From a virus: DNA of 64,000 nt. The stretch's first letter is position 1. Every line of letters starts with the position of its first letter. The notes under the pieces were generated by a model that saw only the letters and a program-made list of their open reading frames with translations, was not told the DNA's origin and made no database searches. Location: the IMG/VR virus record IMGVR_UViG_3300028042_000005, positions 1-64,000 of that record; one strand, given 5' to 3'. Shown in pieces: positions 25,785 through 35,993 of the stretch. A program made the translations under genes and the position numbers.

Positions 25785-26445
25785 AAAAGCCAGGTTCAAA
25801 ACATCGAGTAAATCTAGACGATCTGTTAGGAGTGATGGTTGGAAGTTTACGATGGATAAAGGTTGGAAGAAGTATGGGGATGCCCATGAAATTCGTAAGT
25901 TTCAAAGAAAGCTTCAGCGTCACAGAAAAAGAGCTTTTGACGCAATCGCCAGGTCAATCGTAAAAGAGGTTATAAACAACTCATCCTCGTTTAAAAGCAA
26001 CGCTCCCTTGACATTACTTTTGAAGAGCGGCTCTAGGCCACTATCCGATACTGGAAGAAATCTCTTCAAAGCGATTGGCACTCAGGTTCTGTCGAAAGAT
26101 AAACTTTTTGTTGGGTTACTTAGAACTAACAAATTCTATGCTCAAGCAAAGCTTATTCATGATGGGGGAACTATCGCCGTCACAGAAAAGATGAGAAACA
26201 TGTTTTACATCCTATGGCTTGTGTCTAAGGGTGATATGGATCCATCTAAGCTAACTGGCAGAGCTGCTGAACTTTGGGGAATGAATCAAACTTGGTATCC
26301 ACTTGCAGAAACCACAAAGGCGATTAAAATCCCTAGTAGGCCGTTTATGGAGGAAGTTTTCAGAAACAAGAAGGTCATCGAGATGGCTAGGTTGGAGTTC
26401 AGGAAGGCCGTCAATAAAACCCTAAAGGACATGGTTGGAAGATGA
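25777..26445 (+). CDS. Putative virion morphogenesis / tail-completion protein (Mu gpG / HK97 gp10-like), 222 aa
   Basis: PLSDTGRNLFKAIG...LFVGLLRTNKFYAQAKLIHDGG resembles the L.dTG.L..si...YA..h..G pattern of that family. Confidence 0.4.
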   Translation: MGKKARFKTSSKSRRSVRSDGWKFTMDKGWKKYGDAHEIRKFQRKLQRHRKRAFDAIARSIVKEVINNSSSFKSNAPLTLLLKSGSRPLSDTGRNLFKAIGTQVLSKDKLFVGLLRTNKFYAQAKLIHDGGTIAVTEKMRNMFYILWLVSKGDMDPSKLTGRAAELWGMNQTWYPLAETTKAIKIPSRPFMEEVFRNKKVIEMARLEFRKAVNKTLKDMVGR

Positions 26446-27728
26446 AGAGACTTATTAAAACCTTCGAGTTTGCAGAATCCTGCAGAAACGATTATGACCT
26501 AACTGGGGGGCTTAGAATTTCTGAACTTGGAAGACTTGAAGTTCCAAGAGTTGATGCCCAAGGCGTTCCAGAGCCCCAACCGGCCGAGTATGGAGTCCTA
26601 CAAACATACACCGCCAGAACAAAAAACTTCAATCCAAAGGCGGCCATTAGCTGGGAACTCTTTCAGGTTCGTCACCCACGACCAGCTGTGCATCCGGATC
26701 CGCTCGTTAGCACGCCGCCATATGAGATAAGGTTTCGAGTATCGGATGGCACGACGGATATGTATTGGGATGGAGCCGCGTGGACCGAGGCTACTTTGGA
26801 TACCCATTGGAATTCAGAATCCGAAGTTTCGGCGAACATGAATTCCTTTGCTATTGCGTCTAGAACTATCGCGTTTGTAATCAATATGTGGACGCTGCAC
26901 CCTAGCGTGACCCCCAGCATTAAAACCCTGAAGCTTCTGTATTGGTCAAAACTCTCCGAGGAATATGACCTGATTTATGAATCCCTTATCCCTGAACTTA
27001 GGGAGAATATCAGGGGTAGAGCACGCTTTGCGTATAGAATGCCGTCGGACGCCACGTCCATTGACCTCTCTGATCCCGAAGCTCTTGGTTTTGAAAGCAG
27101 TTACAACATAACGAATGTGCTTGAGGCTTATAACTTCTCTTCTGACTCAGAAAAATCGAGTAACATACTTTTGGGGTACGATCTTGGAACGCAGGTTGTA
27201 TCTTTATCATCGACAGTCGCTACTAATGAGATTTTGTGGATCGAGTTCGAGTATGTTCCTGCTGTAGCTAGACTTACTTCAAGAGATTATTCAGAAGTAT
27301 CGTCAATTCCTGGGTTGGATATTACCAACGTACAGGTGGAGGTTGTTCAGGATCAGGTCAACGACACCGAGGTTGTTATTGACAACGCAACTAACTCTGG
27401 TTGGTCTGTTCCAGGACCCTCACAAAAAGACATCAACTTTTCCATCGAGCTAACATGCGATAAGCAATATGACTTGGAATTCTTGATTGACTCCGTGAGG
27501 AGATGGGCTCAAAAAAAGGTTATCCGAATGAGGGGCTCTGACTCAGAGTACACAATGAGGAAGTTGGGTGGCTTTAGCACATCGTCCAGCACCAACTCGA
27601 AAAACTTTCGCACAGCGAAAGCGAATTTCTCGATCATCTACGTTCCATTCTTTGAGCGGGCAGCCGTTCCAGCTAACAGCCTTCAGGGAATTGACTTCTC
27701 TGGTGGCAACCTACAACTAACACTATAA
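26442..27728 (+). CDS. Hypothetical structural protein (428 aa) immediately upstream of the sheath gene
   Basis: Complete ORF coupled by ATGA and located in the tail module. Confidence 0.45.
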   Translation: MKRLIKTFEFAESCRNDYDLTGGLRISELGRLEVPRVDAQGVPEPQPAEYGVLQTYTARTKNFNPKAAISWELFQVRHPRPAVHPDPLVSTPPYEIRFRVSDGTTDMYWDGAAWTEATLDTHWNSESEVSANMNSFAIASRTIAFVINMWTLHPSVTPSIKTLKLLYWSKLSEEYDLIYESLIPELRENIRGRARFAYRMPSDATSIDLSDPEALGFESSYNITNVLEAYNFSSDSEKSSNILLGYDLGTQVVSLSSTVATNEILWIEFEYVPAVARLTSRDYSEVSSIPGLDITNVQVEVVQDQVNDTEVVIDNATNSGWSVPGPSQKDINFSIELTCDKQYDLEFLIDSVRRWAQKKVIRMRGSDSEYTMRKLGGFSTSSSTNSKNFRTAKANFSIIYVPFFERAAVPANSLQGIDFSGGNLQLTL

Positions 27729-27739
27729 AGGTTTGAAAC

Positions 27740-30034
27740 ATGCCTAGAAAATTTGGTCCAATTCAGGCTGCCGGAACGCAGGTCACAGAGCGTGATGCGC
27801 AGCAGCCCATTCAACCCTCAGCACTCGGATGGTGCGCTTACGCCGGAATGCTCGAAAGGGGCGATCCCGGTGAGCTTATTTGGTGTCTTGATGAGTCGGA
27901 CGCGATCAAGAAGACTGGTGGATACATTTCCGAGTCGCATCTCCCCGATAGTATTAGGCACTATTTCAGACTCGCTGGTGGTGCTGGAGGCCTTCTTCTC
28001 GCGAGAGTCACGGACGGAACTGAAGTTGCATCGACGGTTCCACTGTACATGAGACGTACGTCCAGAACTCGACTTGGAACTTTGGCCGCTAAGAACGGCG
28101 GACGCTGGGGTGGTCGTTCCCAGCGCGCAACTGGCGTTGAGGCAGATGTGTCTCCATTCACAGAAACCACTCTTGATACTGGCATCTCCACGTGGAATAC
28201 GGATCAATGGGCGGGGGCCTATCTTGAACTGTCGGGAGTTTCCAACTCTCGGTATCAAGTCATTTCTAACGATGACGCCGGCGTGCTTACCGTTGCGGCT
28301 GATGCAACGATGGTCACCGATCTTGGAGGGTCGCCCACGGATTTCAGATGGTATCTTGTTTTGGAGACCGCGTCTGGTAAAGGTTTGAAGTTTGAGATTG
28401 GAGACGGCGCCGCAGATCCCACCAATGAATTCTCTCTGAGCGTCTATCTTGACGGAAGCCTTGTGGGAGAGTATGACGATCTTTCTGTGGAAGACGATGC
28501 CGACAGATACTGGGTTGATGTCATTAATGATGATAGTTCGAACCACTATGTCACGGCAACAGATCTTTGGCTTGGTGCTCGTCCAGCAAATATTCGTCCG
28601 GCGAATGTGTATGGAACTGCACTCTCGGTAACTGCTACGATTCTGACCGCAGACCTTGCTGACTTTTCTGTTAGCTCCGCAGGTAGTGGCGACCCGACCT
28701 TCGCTATTGGAACCACAACCTCCAGCCATCTTGAGCAGGTTATCACGATCACAATGGCAGACGCGACGTCTGGTGTTGCCGTATCTGATCTCTTTGGTGC
28801 GCTTGGCACCGTAACTCTCGGTTCTGAGTTCACGTCTACTGTGAAGTGGGTTCCGCCATTCACGGTAACTGCTGGAGGAACGGCCCTTTCTGCCGCTGAT
28901 GTTTTGACCGTCCAGTATAAACCTCTTGGTGCGGTCGATGAGCTTGTTGGTGGGTATTTGCACCCAGACAAAATCGATAACGGAACTAACGTATATCGAA
29001 TTGTGTCGAACACTCATAATACCATCACGGTTGCAGTCGGTTCCCAAATGGCGACAGATATCGCAGGGGGCTCTGACGAGTTCCATGTTGTCGCGAAGCA
29101 AGAGCTTTCTGGTGGCCGAGATGGGCACGCTGGCGTTTCTGACAATGACTACGTTCAGGCGTACGATACAGACACGTCGCTCTTCCTCCAGCTAAACGGA
29201 AAACAACTTGGTCTTGTGAAATTCGCTTGTCCAGGAGTAACGAGTACTGCGGTTCAGAAAGCTGGCGCGGCGTTTGTTTCGAGCGGAAGAGTTGGCGCTC
29301 AGGAGTGGAGATACGAGGTTCCGTCGAGCCTCACTGAGGAGTCTGCTCTTGACGAGCATGTCAACAGAACCCTGGGTCGTTCTGCATGGGGCGATTATGT
29401 CGTCTCAGCTCATAGTTTCGCATATGTCAACGACCCTCAAGTAGATGGTCGCCTGAAACTTGTTTCGACCACAGGAATGATTCATGGACGAGAGACGGGA
29501 ATGGCCGCGACTGTCCTTGGATATCACAAGCCAGGAGCTGGTACTGCGGCAACTCTTCCGGATATTGTAAAACTCGTGACCGGAGAGAGACTCTTGAGCG
29601 AAGAGTTCTTGAACCCTCGCGGTATCAACGTCCTTCGAAAGAAGAACGGCCAGTTTGTCATCTGGGGGAATAGAACCGTCACGTCGAATACTGGCTGGAG
29701 ATTCAAGCACTCACGAGAAACTATGAGCTACTACATTAATGTGCTCAGAGAATCTTTTGACTTCTCCATTTTTGAACTCAACGATCCTTTGCAGTGGGCA
29801 ATCATCCGGAGTTCGTTGCTTGGATTCTTTCAGGCAGAGTATGCAAAGAGGGCCCTTGATAACACATTCCCTCTGTCGGACTCTCTTGTCATCAAGATTG
29901 ATACTGAGAATAACACTGCGTTTACTCAAAGCAATGGAGAGCTAAACGCAGAAGTTACTTTGCGTATCGTGAACTCCGTCGAACAGGTCAAGTTCGGCAT
30001 TGGTAAGGCTGGAGTCATTGACTCCGGAGCATAG
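27740..30034 (+). CDS. Contractile tail sheath protein (764 aa)
   Basis: C-terminal sheath signature: NPRGINVLRKKNGQFVIWGNRTV...WRFKHSRETMSYYINVLRESF... Confidence 0.8.
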   Translation: MPRKFGPIQAAGTQVTERDAQQPIQPSALGWCAYAGMLERGDPGELIWCLDESDAIKKTGGYISESHLPDSIRHYFRLAGGAGGLLLARVTDGTEVASTVPLYMRRTSRTRLGTLAAKNGGRWGGRSQRATGVEADVSPFTETTLDTGISTWNTDQWAGAYLELSGVSNSRYQVISNDDAGVLTVAADATMVTDLGGSPTDFRWYLVLETASGKGLKFEIGDGAADPTNEFSLSVYLDGSLVGEYDDLSVEDDADRYWVDVINDDSSNHYVTATDLWLGARPANIRPANVYGTALSVTATILTADLADFSVSSAGSGDPTFAIGTTTSSHLEQVITITMADATSGVAVSDLFGALGTVTLGSEFTSTVKWVPPFTVTAGGTALSAADVLTVQYKPLGAVDELVGGYLHPDKIDNGTNVYRIVSNTHNTITVAVGSQMATDIAGGSDEFHVVAKQELSGGRDGHAGVSDNDYVQAYDTDTSLFLQLNGKQLGLVKFACPGVTSTAVQKAGAAFVSSGRVGAQEWRYEVPSSLTEESALDEHVNRTLGRSAWGDYVVSAHSFAYVNDPQVDGRLKLVSTTGMIHGRETGMAATVLGYHKPGAGTAATLPDIVKLVTGERLLSEEFLNPRGINVLRKKNGQFVIWGNRTVTSNTGWRFKHSRETMSYYINVLRESFDFSIFELNDPLQWAIIRSSLLGFFQAEYAKRALDNTFPLSDSLVIKIDTENNTAFTQSNGELNAEVTLRIVNSVEQVKFGIGKAGVIDSGA

Positions 30035-30060
30035 AGTTTAGAGTTTAGGAATTTGGTTTT

Positions 30061-30091
30061 GCGGGCGTACCATAAACGCCCGCATTTTTTT
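30061..30091 (+). terminator. Strong rho-independent terminator after the sheath gene
   Basis: GCGGGCGT / ACGCCCGC stem followed by 7 T. Confidence 0.75.
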
Positions 30092-30131
30092 CTCTGGCTC
30101 AATCCAGATACATAAACAAGAGAATCCTAAA

Positions 30132-30992
30132 ATGGAAAAAGAAAAAGAAAAAGAAGCTCCTCCCGTAACTCTCGGTGAGCATAGAGGTCTTTGGCTTTCG
30201 GATAACAAAACCATCGGCTTCAAACCTTGGAAGGGTTTGCAAGAAGATGAGATGTCCGAGATGCTTAGGAAAAACTCTCATAAGCTTGAGGGTACCAAAG
30301 TTTGTAAGAAAATCAGCTTGATGCTGACTTACATGTGCGTGAATATTGCTGGGCACGTCTTCTGGGAAGAGGGAGAGCCTGGCGTGTATGCGGAGAGAAT
30401 GACCCAGGGAGAGAGGGAAAGTATCATCTCTGGAATGTATGAGACCGACATTCTTACTGCATTCGTTCTTATGCGAATGGCCTGTATTGATGAGGAGATT
30501 TCCATGAAGATGGCTTCTCCATATAAAAAAGACAGGTTTTGCAGGTGGTCAGGTAATTTGTCGGACCTTCCGTTTAGTGGAACTCCAGACTCTAGCGTTT
30601 CGACTTGGGAATATAAACTTGACTCCCCAGCAATGGTTAGGGGAAAGCAGGTTCGCTCTTTTCTTGTAGGACCCTCTTTGTGGAGAACTGCTGAACTTCT
30701 TGAGTTTGATAGCCCAAGCGGAACCAACTTGTCTACGATTGCTGGGGCCATCAAAGGCTCTCCAGAGCTGGACGGTGAACAGGGTCATAAAGTCACGGAC
30801 TTTTACACGAGAGATCTTTACGATGTCTCCAAGAAGGACATTTCAAGAATTGGTAAGCTCATGGAAAAGAATCATTCTGGGCTGAACATGGAGATTGAAG
30901 TCCTTGATAAGGAGGAGGGTAGAGACGGAAGAACGTTTGTCACATCCGTTCCTTGGATTTATCCGGATTTTTTCGAAGATTCTTCCCAGTAA
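30132..30992 (+). CDS. Tail assembly chaperone, zero-frame product (286 aa)
   Basis: It lies directly upstream of the tape-measure gene and carries a slippery heptamer near its 3' end, with an overlapping -1 frame ORF. Confidence 0.55.
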   Translation: MEKEKEKEAPPVTLGEHRGLWLSDNKTIGFKPWKGLQEDEMSEMLRKNSHKLEGTKVCKKISLMLTYMCVNIAGHVFWEEGEPGVYAERMTQGERESIISGMYETDILTAFVLMRMACIDEEISMKMASPYKKDRFCRWSGNLSDLPFSGTPDSSVSTWEYKLDSPAMVRGKQVRSFLVGPSLWRTAELLEFDSPSGTNLSTIAGAIKGSPELDGEQGHKVTDFYTRDLYDVSKKDISRIGKLMEKNHSGLNMEIEVLDKEEGRDGRTFVTSVPWIYPDFFEDSSQ

Positions 30993-31168
30993 GATCGAGC
31001 GAGGAGGTCTGGGAAGAAGAGTTCGCCCTAGCCTACTATGGCAAGGGCGGATTCACAATGAGCATGGAAGACCTATCGATCAAGAAGAGAAACTTCCTGC
31101 TAGAGAAGCTTTTGGAGGCTATGGAGCAAGAGGCTCGGCAGTCCGATCCAAAAGGAAAGCCGCTTTGA
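30132..31168 (+). CDS. Tail assembly chaperone, predicted -1 frameshift fusion product (about 345 aa)
   Basis: T TTT TTC at 30968-30974 in the zero frame. The -1 frame continues as ...FFRRFFPVRSSEEVW... to the stop at 31168. The arrangement is analogous to lambda G/GT and P2 E/E'. Confidence 0.5.
30968..30974 (+). other. Candidate -1 programmed ribosomal frameshift slippery site (T TTT TTC)
   Basis: X XXY YYZ heptamer in the correct phase (codons gaT TTT TTC). Confidence 0.5.
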
Positions 31169-31185
31169 ATTAAGGGCATGAGAGT

Positions 31186-33720
31186 ATGGGATTTGAGAGA
31201 ATTGGTCTAGGTGGCGTTTTGGAGTTCAACTCCAGAAATGCCGTTGCTGGAATGCAAAGAACATCCCGTGCCTTTGGCTCCTTGCAAAGTCGAGCCGGAA
31301 AGATGGGCCGGGCCGCTGGAGGAGCTACGATTGCTCTTAGCGGCCTCGGCCTCATAACGGCCCCTTTGGCCCTGGTTGCCAAGGGAGCCGCTGAGGAATA
31401 CTTCAAGTTTGATAATGCCATGGCTAGTCTCGGCTCTGTCTCTGGCTCTACGAGAGTGGAGCTAAAGGCACAGAGGGAGGAGGCGCTTAGACTTGCTTCT
31501 GCCACGAAATTCACGGCAACAGAGGCCGCCGGCGGCTTAGAGGATTTGGCTCGTGCAGGATTCTCTCAGGCTGAACAGATCAGTGCTATTGGGGCCGTTG
31601 CTAGCATGGCTGCCGCAGAAAACTTGAAGTTAGGTCAGTCTGCGAAGATTGTTGCAACAACGCTTAGGACCTTTGGTTTAGACGCGGATAAGGCGGGCAT
31701 GGTTGCAGACACGCTGTCCCATGTTAGTGCGAATGCAACAACCGACATTCTTCAATTAGGTAATGCGTTTAGGTATTCCGCTGGCCAGGCCGCTAGCCTC
31801 GGTATGCCTGTGGATGAGCTTGCCTCGACGTTGGGTATTCTTGCTGATAGGGGTTTAACTGGCTCTATGGCAGGAACGGCCCTGGACAACATGTTCAGAA
31901 CCATCATCAAGCCTACTGAAAAGGCTGGAAAATTCCTAAAGAAGTTCAACATTCAGTTGATGGACACCCAGGGAAACTTTATTGGAACATCTAAGTTGGT
32001 GGGTAAACTGTCGTCGGCATTTGCTCATATCAAGGATCCAAACGATAGATTGAAAATGGAGACGGAGGTTCTTGGTCGTAGGGGATCCAGAGCGTTCGTA
32101 AGGCTTAGAGCCGCCAACGATAGCAGAGCTTCTGGAGGCGGTGGTAGCAATGTCGACTCTTTGCTTTCAGATGTGAGAGAGAATTCCGCGGGCTCTGCGG
32201 CTAGAAGAGCAAAGCTTGCTATGGCGTCGATGATTGGGCAAATCACGCTTCTAAACTCTGCAAGAAGCGTCGCCGTCATTAGTTTCTTGGATCAGTTTCA
32301 AGGGATGGACGGAAGTTTCTTGGCTCCATTCGTCTCCAGCATCCAGGACTTCAACTCCGCTTGGTCTGCGCTGAGCAAGGATCTCGACGAGTCCCCAGAA
32401 GACATCGCGAAAAGACTTGGGCTTAGTAAGAACACAGTACTCTTTGCTCAGGGCGTTAGGGATGGGATTGAATCGATCAAGAATGGGTTCGAGGCTCTAA
32501 GTAATGCCGTTCAGTCCTTCTCTTCTAAATTCAGCTCTGCATTGGGAGAGAGCGGCGCGAGAACTCTTGGCAAGGTGGTTACGATAATGGGCGCGCTAAC
32601 TGTTGCCTCCGTTCCGGTAATTGCGGCACTTTTGGGTATTGCGTTCATTGTGGCTACCGTTGTCATCCCCGCAGTATCCGCGTTGGCCACGGCCGTATCC
32701 GCCGCGTTCTGGCCGGTACTTGTCGCCGTAGGGTTGATTGCCGCTGCGTACTTTGCCATGAGAAACGAGAATGAGTCGTTCATGCAATGGGCCATTCGAA
32801 CATGGGGAGCCATCAAGGTTGCAGCCATGGACGTGTACCAGAACGTTCTTGTTCCGCTGTGGCAGGGTTTGATGTTTGGAGCTTCGGTCATCTGGCCATC
32901 TGTTAGAGATAGTGGGCTCGAAGCGTTCAGCGCCCTTAGAGAGGCTATTAATGAGTTTGGGGCGTTGTGGAACGCCACCTTTGGTGAGTTTAATGGAGAT
33001 TGGCAAATCATAGGCGCTCTAATTATGGTTACGGCAGCTCTTGTCACAAATGTATTTCTGAAGGTCTTGACTACTTCTATCAAAACAGTCTCTGGAACGA
33101 TGAGAGATTTGCGCGGAATTATCCAATCTCTTTTTGCTGGGGACATCCTTTTGGGGCTAGGTAAACTTGCTCAATTCATTGGCAACGCTTTGATTCTCCC
33201 GATTAGGTTGGCTGCGTCGACGATTGCTGCGCTACTCGACTCCATCATGCAAATTCCAGGTATTGAATTCTTGACTGGAGGAGGTGGACTTAGGGATGCT
33301 GCAACGGCCCTTAGGGATTTTGGAGAAAATGGAGTTCAGCTTGATGTACTAAAAACGAAAAAGGCAGGCGATCTCGTTAGTGGCATTGGACCTGGAGCCG
33401 TCAAAGACGCAGCTATTGAGGGCGGGTTGTCTATTTTGGATAAGGTAAAGAGGGCTCAGGAGTTCAAGGATGCGAAGTTTGAACTCGATCGTGAAAATGA
33501 AAATAAAAGAAGAAACGAGGAGTTGGATATACAGAGGGAGTCTAACGCCAGAGGAAAAAGAAAAGAGGATAAGGGCTGTGAGACGAATTTGCATCTTGAT
33601 GGCAAGAAGGTTGCTAGAAATCAAGCCAAACACCAGCAGGACTTGTCGGATAGAATGGGGTTCAAAACACCTCCATTCGTCAGACGTACAGCGGCAGAGC
33701 AGGGAAGGGTAGGTAGCTAA
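31186..33720 (+). CDS. Tail tape-measure protein (844 aa)
   Basis: TP901-type core (ATKFTATEAAGGLEDLARAGFS...NAFRYSAGQAASLGM...LADRGLTGSMAGTAL), hydrophobic central segments, and position after the chaperone genes. Confidence 0.8.
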   Translation: MGFERIGLGGVLEFNSRNAVAGMQRTSRAFGSLQSRAGKMGRAAGGATIALSGLGLITAPLALVAKGAAEEYFKFDNAMASLGSVSGSTRVELKAQREEALRLASATKFTATEAAGGLEDLARAGFSQAEQISAIGAVASMAAAENLKLGQSAKIVATTLRTFGLDADKAGMVADTLSHVSANATTDILQLGNAFRYSAGQAASLGMPVDELASTLGILADRGLTGSMAGTALDNMFRTIIKPTEKAGKFLKKFNIQLMDTQGNFIGTSKLVGKLSSAFAHIKDPNDRLKMETEVLGRRGSRAFVRLRAANDSRASGGGGSNVDSLLSDVRENSAGSAARRAKLAMASMIGQITLLNSARSVAVISFLDQFQGMDGSFLAPFVSSIQDFNSAWSALSKDLDESPEDIAKRLGLSKNTVLFAQGVRDGIESIKNGFEALSNAVQSFSSKFSSALGESGARTLGKVVTIMGALTVASVPVIAALLGIAFIVATVVIPAVSALATAVSAAFWPVLVAVGLIAAAYFAMRNENESFMQWAIRTWGAIKVAAMDVYQNVLVPLWQGLMFGASVIWPSVRDSGLEAFSALREAINEFGALWNATFGEFNGDWQIIGALIMVTAALVTNVFLKVLTTSIKTVSGTMRDLRGIIQSLFAGDILLGLGKLAQFIGNALILPIRLAASTIAALLDSIMQIPGIEFLTGGGGLRDAATALRDFGENGVQLDVLKTKKAGDLVSGIGPGAVKDAAIEGGLSILDKVKRAQEFKDAKFELDRENENKRRNEELDIQRESNARGKRKEDKGCETNLHLDGKKVARNQAKHQQDLSDRMGFKTPPFVRRTAAEQGRVGS

Positions 33721-34626
33721 ATGGCACAAGCAATAGACTTCATTGTTTCGAAGATGCTGAATTCTCTTGCGTTTTCGAATCCAGGGCACCAAGGCAAGAC
33801 GAAGTTCGGAAGCCAAATGGCCTCCCAGCTTCTTGGCAATAGAAAGGTCATTGGGGCACTTCTTCCCAAAACCAAGAGTTGGTTTTTGCTGAACACCGAC
33901 ATCGTTTCAAAAGACGCTATGCTCTATGGACCATGGGAGCCAGAGAACGTAACCGAAACTGTTGGGTCTGTTTACGCAGATGCGTTTGCGTTGAATAAAC
34001 AGGATCCTGTCCGGCAGTTTCTTCATGGTCAGGTTGAGACCATCACGTTTCAAGCTCGCTTCTATGCCGTTTTTGCGTTGATGGAGGTTGAGGCTAAAGT
34101 TCAAACTCTGAAGTCTTGGTGTAGAAAAGATAATGACCTAGGGCGACCTCCAATTTGTTATTTCTGGGTTGGTCTTGATCAACATGCAAAAATGGAAAGT
34201 TGCATCGTCAAGAGCGTATCTGTCGCCTATGATAAACCAGGATTTCTTGGTTCGATGCAGGGGGCGACTGTACAGATCGTTCTTGAAAAGTATGTGCCAT
34301 TTTCTCTGGATGATGTTGATAACTTCGACACGAGATATCACTTCTCGAAAGTCGGAGATACGTTTGAGATGCTTGCGATGAGCGAGTATGGAGATCCAAT
34401 GCTGGGGGTTCACCTGAGGCAAAATCATCCTCAACACTTGCAACTTCAGCCCGGTGACATTGTGAAACTCCCAGCAAGAGGCGGCTCTATTCGGACTGCT
34501 AAAAAACAACCTAGCTCTTTAGCTTTGAAAAACATTCACAAAAGAAGATCTAATCCACAAAAGGTCAACCATGAGCGCGCTCGCTCTGCGCGCAGAGAGC
34601 CCAGCTTGAGGTACACCACAACATAA
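33721..34626 (+). CDS. Baseplate/tail protein with a C-terminal LysM-like domain (301 aa)
   Basis: YHFSKVGDTFEMLAMSEYGDPMLGVHLRQNHPQ...LQPGDIVKLP is LysM-like, as in P2 gpX-type proteins. It lies between the tape-measure and hub genes. Confidence 0.45.
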   Translation: MAQAIDFIVSKMLNSLAFSNPGHQGKTKFGSQMASQLLGNRKVIGALLPKTKSWFLLNTDIVSKDAMLYGPWEPENVTETVGSVYADAFALNKQDPVRQFLHGQVETITFQARFYAVFALMEVEAKVQTLKSWCRKDNDLGRPPICYFWVGLDQHAKMESCIVKSVSVAYDKPGFLGSMQGATVQIVLEKYVPFSLDDVDNFDTRYHFSKVGDTFEMLAMSEYGDPMLGVHLRQNHPQHLQLQPGDIVKLPARGGSIRTAKKQPSSLALKNIHKRRSNPQKVNHERARSARREPSLRYTTT

Positions 34627-34644
34627 AGTTCAGGGTTATAGAAT

Positions 34645-35982
34645 ATGTCAGTATTAGGTTCAGGCGGCTCCGGCTCCGGAGACATGGCTCCAAGCTTTGT
34701 CATCTCCATCAACAATAACAAAATTGATGACAACATAACTCGCCTTATTCAAAGTGTTGAGTATGATTCGGCTGACAACATAGCTGACATGATGAAGTTG
34801 CAGGTTTCAAACCCCAACTCCGTGATTTCTGACCAAAAACTTTTTCAGCCCGGAAACATAATCAAGCTATGGATTGGGTTTGGGGACTTGGAATACATTG
34901 GCGCAGCCATTATTGAGAAGACTAGGCCATACTTTCCCAGCGATGGCATGAGAACGATTGAGGTAGTTGCATACTCTGCCGACAGACTTTTGATGCGTAA
35001 CGCTCCGGACTCGTCTGATGAATTGAAGCCATTTTTGTCGGAGAAAGAGGCTCAAAAGAAGAAGGAGAGGGAGCATAAGAAGAAGGTTCGCGGAGCGCCT
35101 GCATTCAAGGGAAAGTCTTGGGGTGAGGACACGTTTTACTCAGATGTTGTGGCAGATAAGGCTGAGGAATATAGTTTTGGCGTCGATGTTGACGAAACTC
35201 CCAACAACATTATTGGCCCCGCTGGCATTATTCAAAAGGTCGGAATGACTGACTATACGTTTGTTGCAGGAATTGCCAATGAACTTATTTGGCTGTTTTG
35301 GGTTGATATGGAAGAGGACGAAACATATTGGACTCTGCATTTGAAAGATCCTGATTTCATATCCGAAATTCAGGATAGAAAGTACACGTTTAGATATGAC
35401 TCAATTACGGATGGGGAGTCTGAAGTTGGGAAGTGGTCAGGATCCTCAGCCACAACTCTCCTATCGTTTGAGGGAGAGCAGCTCATGGGAGAGGGGCCAA
35501 CAAACCTAAGCGTTCAGGTCAAGAACTACAAAACTGGGAACCTGGAAACGTTCGGTATTGTGGGTGACCCAGCAGAGAGTTCTATGGAATTTACTGGGAT
35601 TGTTGACGACAGCATTGAGCAACCTCCTGGAGACTCTTCTGAAGTTTCCTTGAGCTTTGGAAACGTCGCCGTAAAGGTTATTGCTGATAGGCAGTTTCAG
35701 ACCGCCGCCCACGTCAAGGAGTGGGCTGAGAAGTGGTATCAAGAACATCATAGAGATTATTTCTCAGGAGGCGGTACCGTTAGGGGCCCCGGAGTGGAAA
35801 CTCTTAGAGCTATGCAAGTGCACGGCATGGAGGGTCTTGGGGTGATGTGGAGTGGTGACTATTACTTCACAAATGTAAACCATAAAGTTTCATCCCAGGA
35901 TGGATATGAAGTTCGATGGAGCGGCCGGAAGGTTGTGAAAACGTCTTCGAGTGAATTTACGGTTGGAATCTCCAACCTCTAA
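34645..35982 (+). CDS. Baseplate hub protein (P2 gpD / Mu gp44-like), 445 aa
   Basis: The N-terminus (FVISINNNKIDDNITRLIQSVEYDSADNIADMMKLQV) and C-terminus (GDYYFTNVNHKVSSQDGYEVRWSGRKV) follow the late-control-D family pattern. Confidence 0.6.
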   Translation: MSVLGSGGSGSGDMAPSFVISINNNKIDDNITRLIQSVEYDSADNIADMMKLQVSNPNSVISDQKLFQPGNIIKLWIGFGDLEYIGAAIIEKTRPYFPSDGMRTIEVVAYSADRLLMRNAPDSSDELKPFLSEKEAQKKKEREHKKKVRGAPAFKGKSWGEDTFYSDVVADKAEEYSFGVDVDETPNNIIGPAGIIQKVGMTDYTFVAGIANELIWLFWVDMEEDETYWTLHLKDPDFISEIQDRKYTFRYDSITDGESEVGKWSGSSATTLLSFEGEQLMGEGPTNLSVQVKNYKTGNLETFGIVGDPAESSMEFTGIVDDSIEQPPGDSSEVSLSFGNVAVKVIADRQFQTAAHVKEWAEKWYQEHHRDYFSGGGTVRGPGVETLRAMQVHGMEGLGVMWSGDYYFTNVNHKVSSQDGYEVRWSGRKVVKTSSSEFTVGISNL

Positions 35983-35993
35983 GGAGACTGTCT

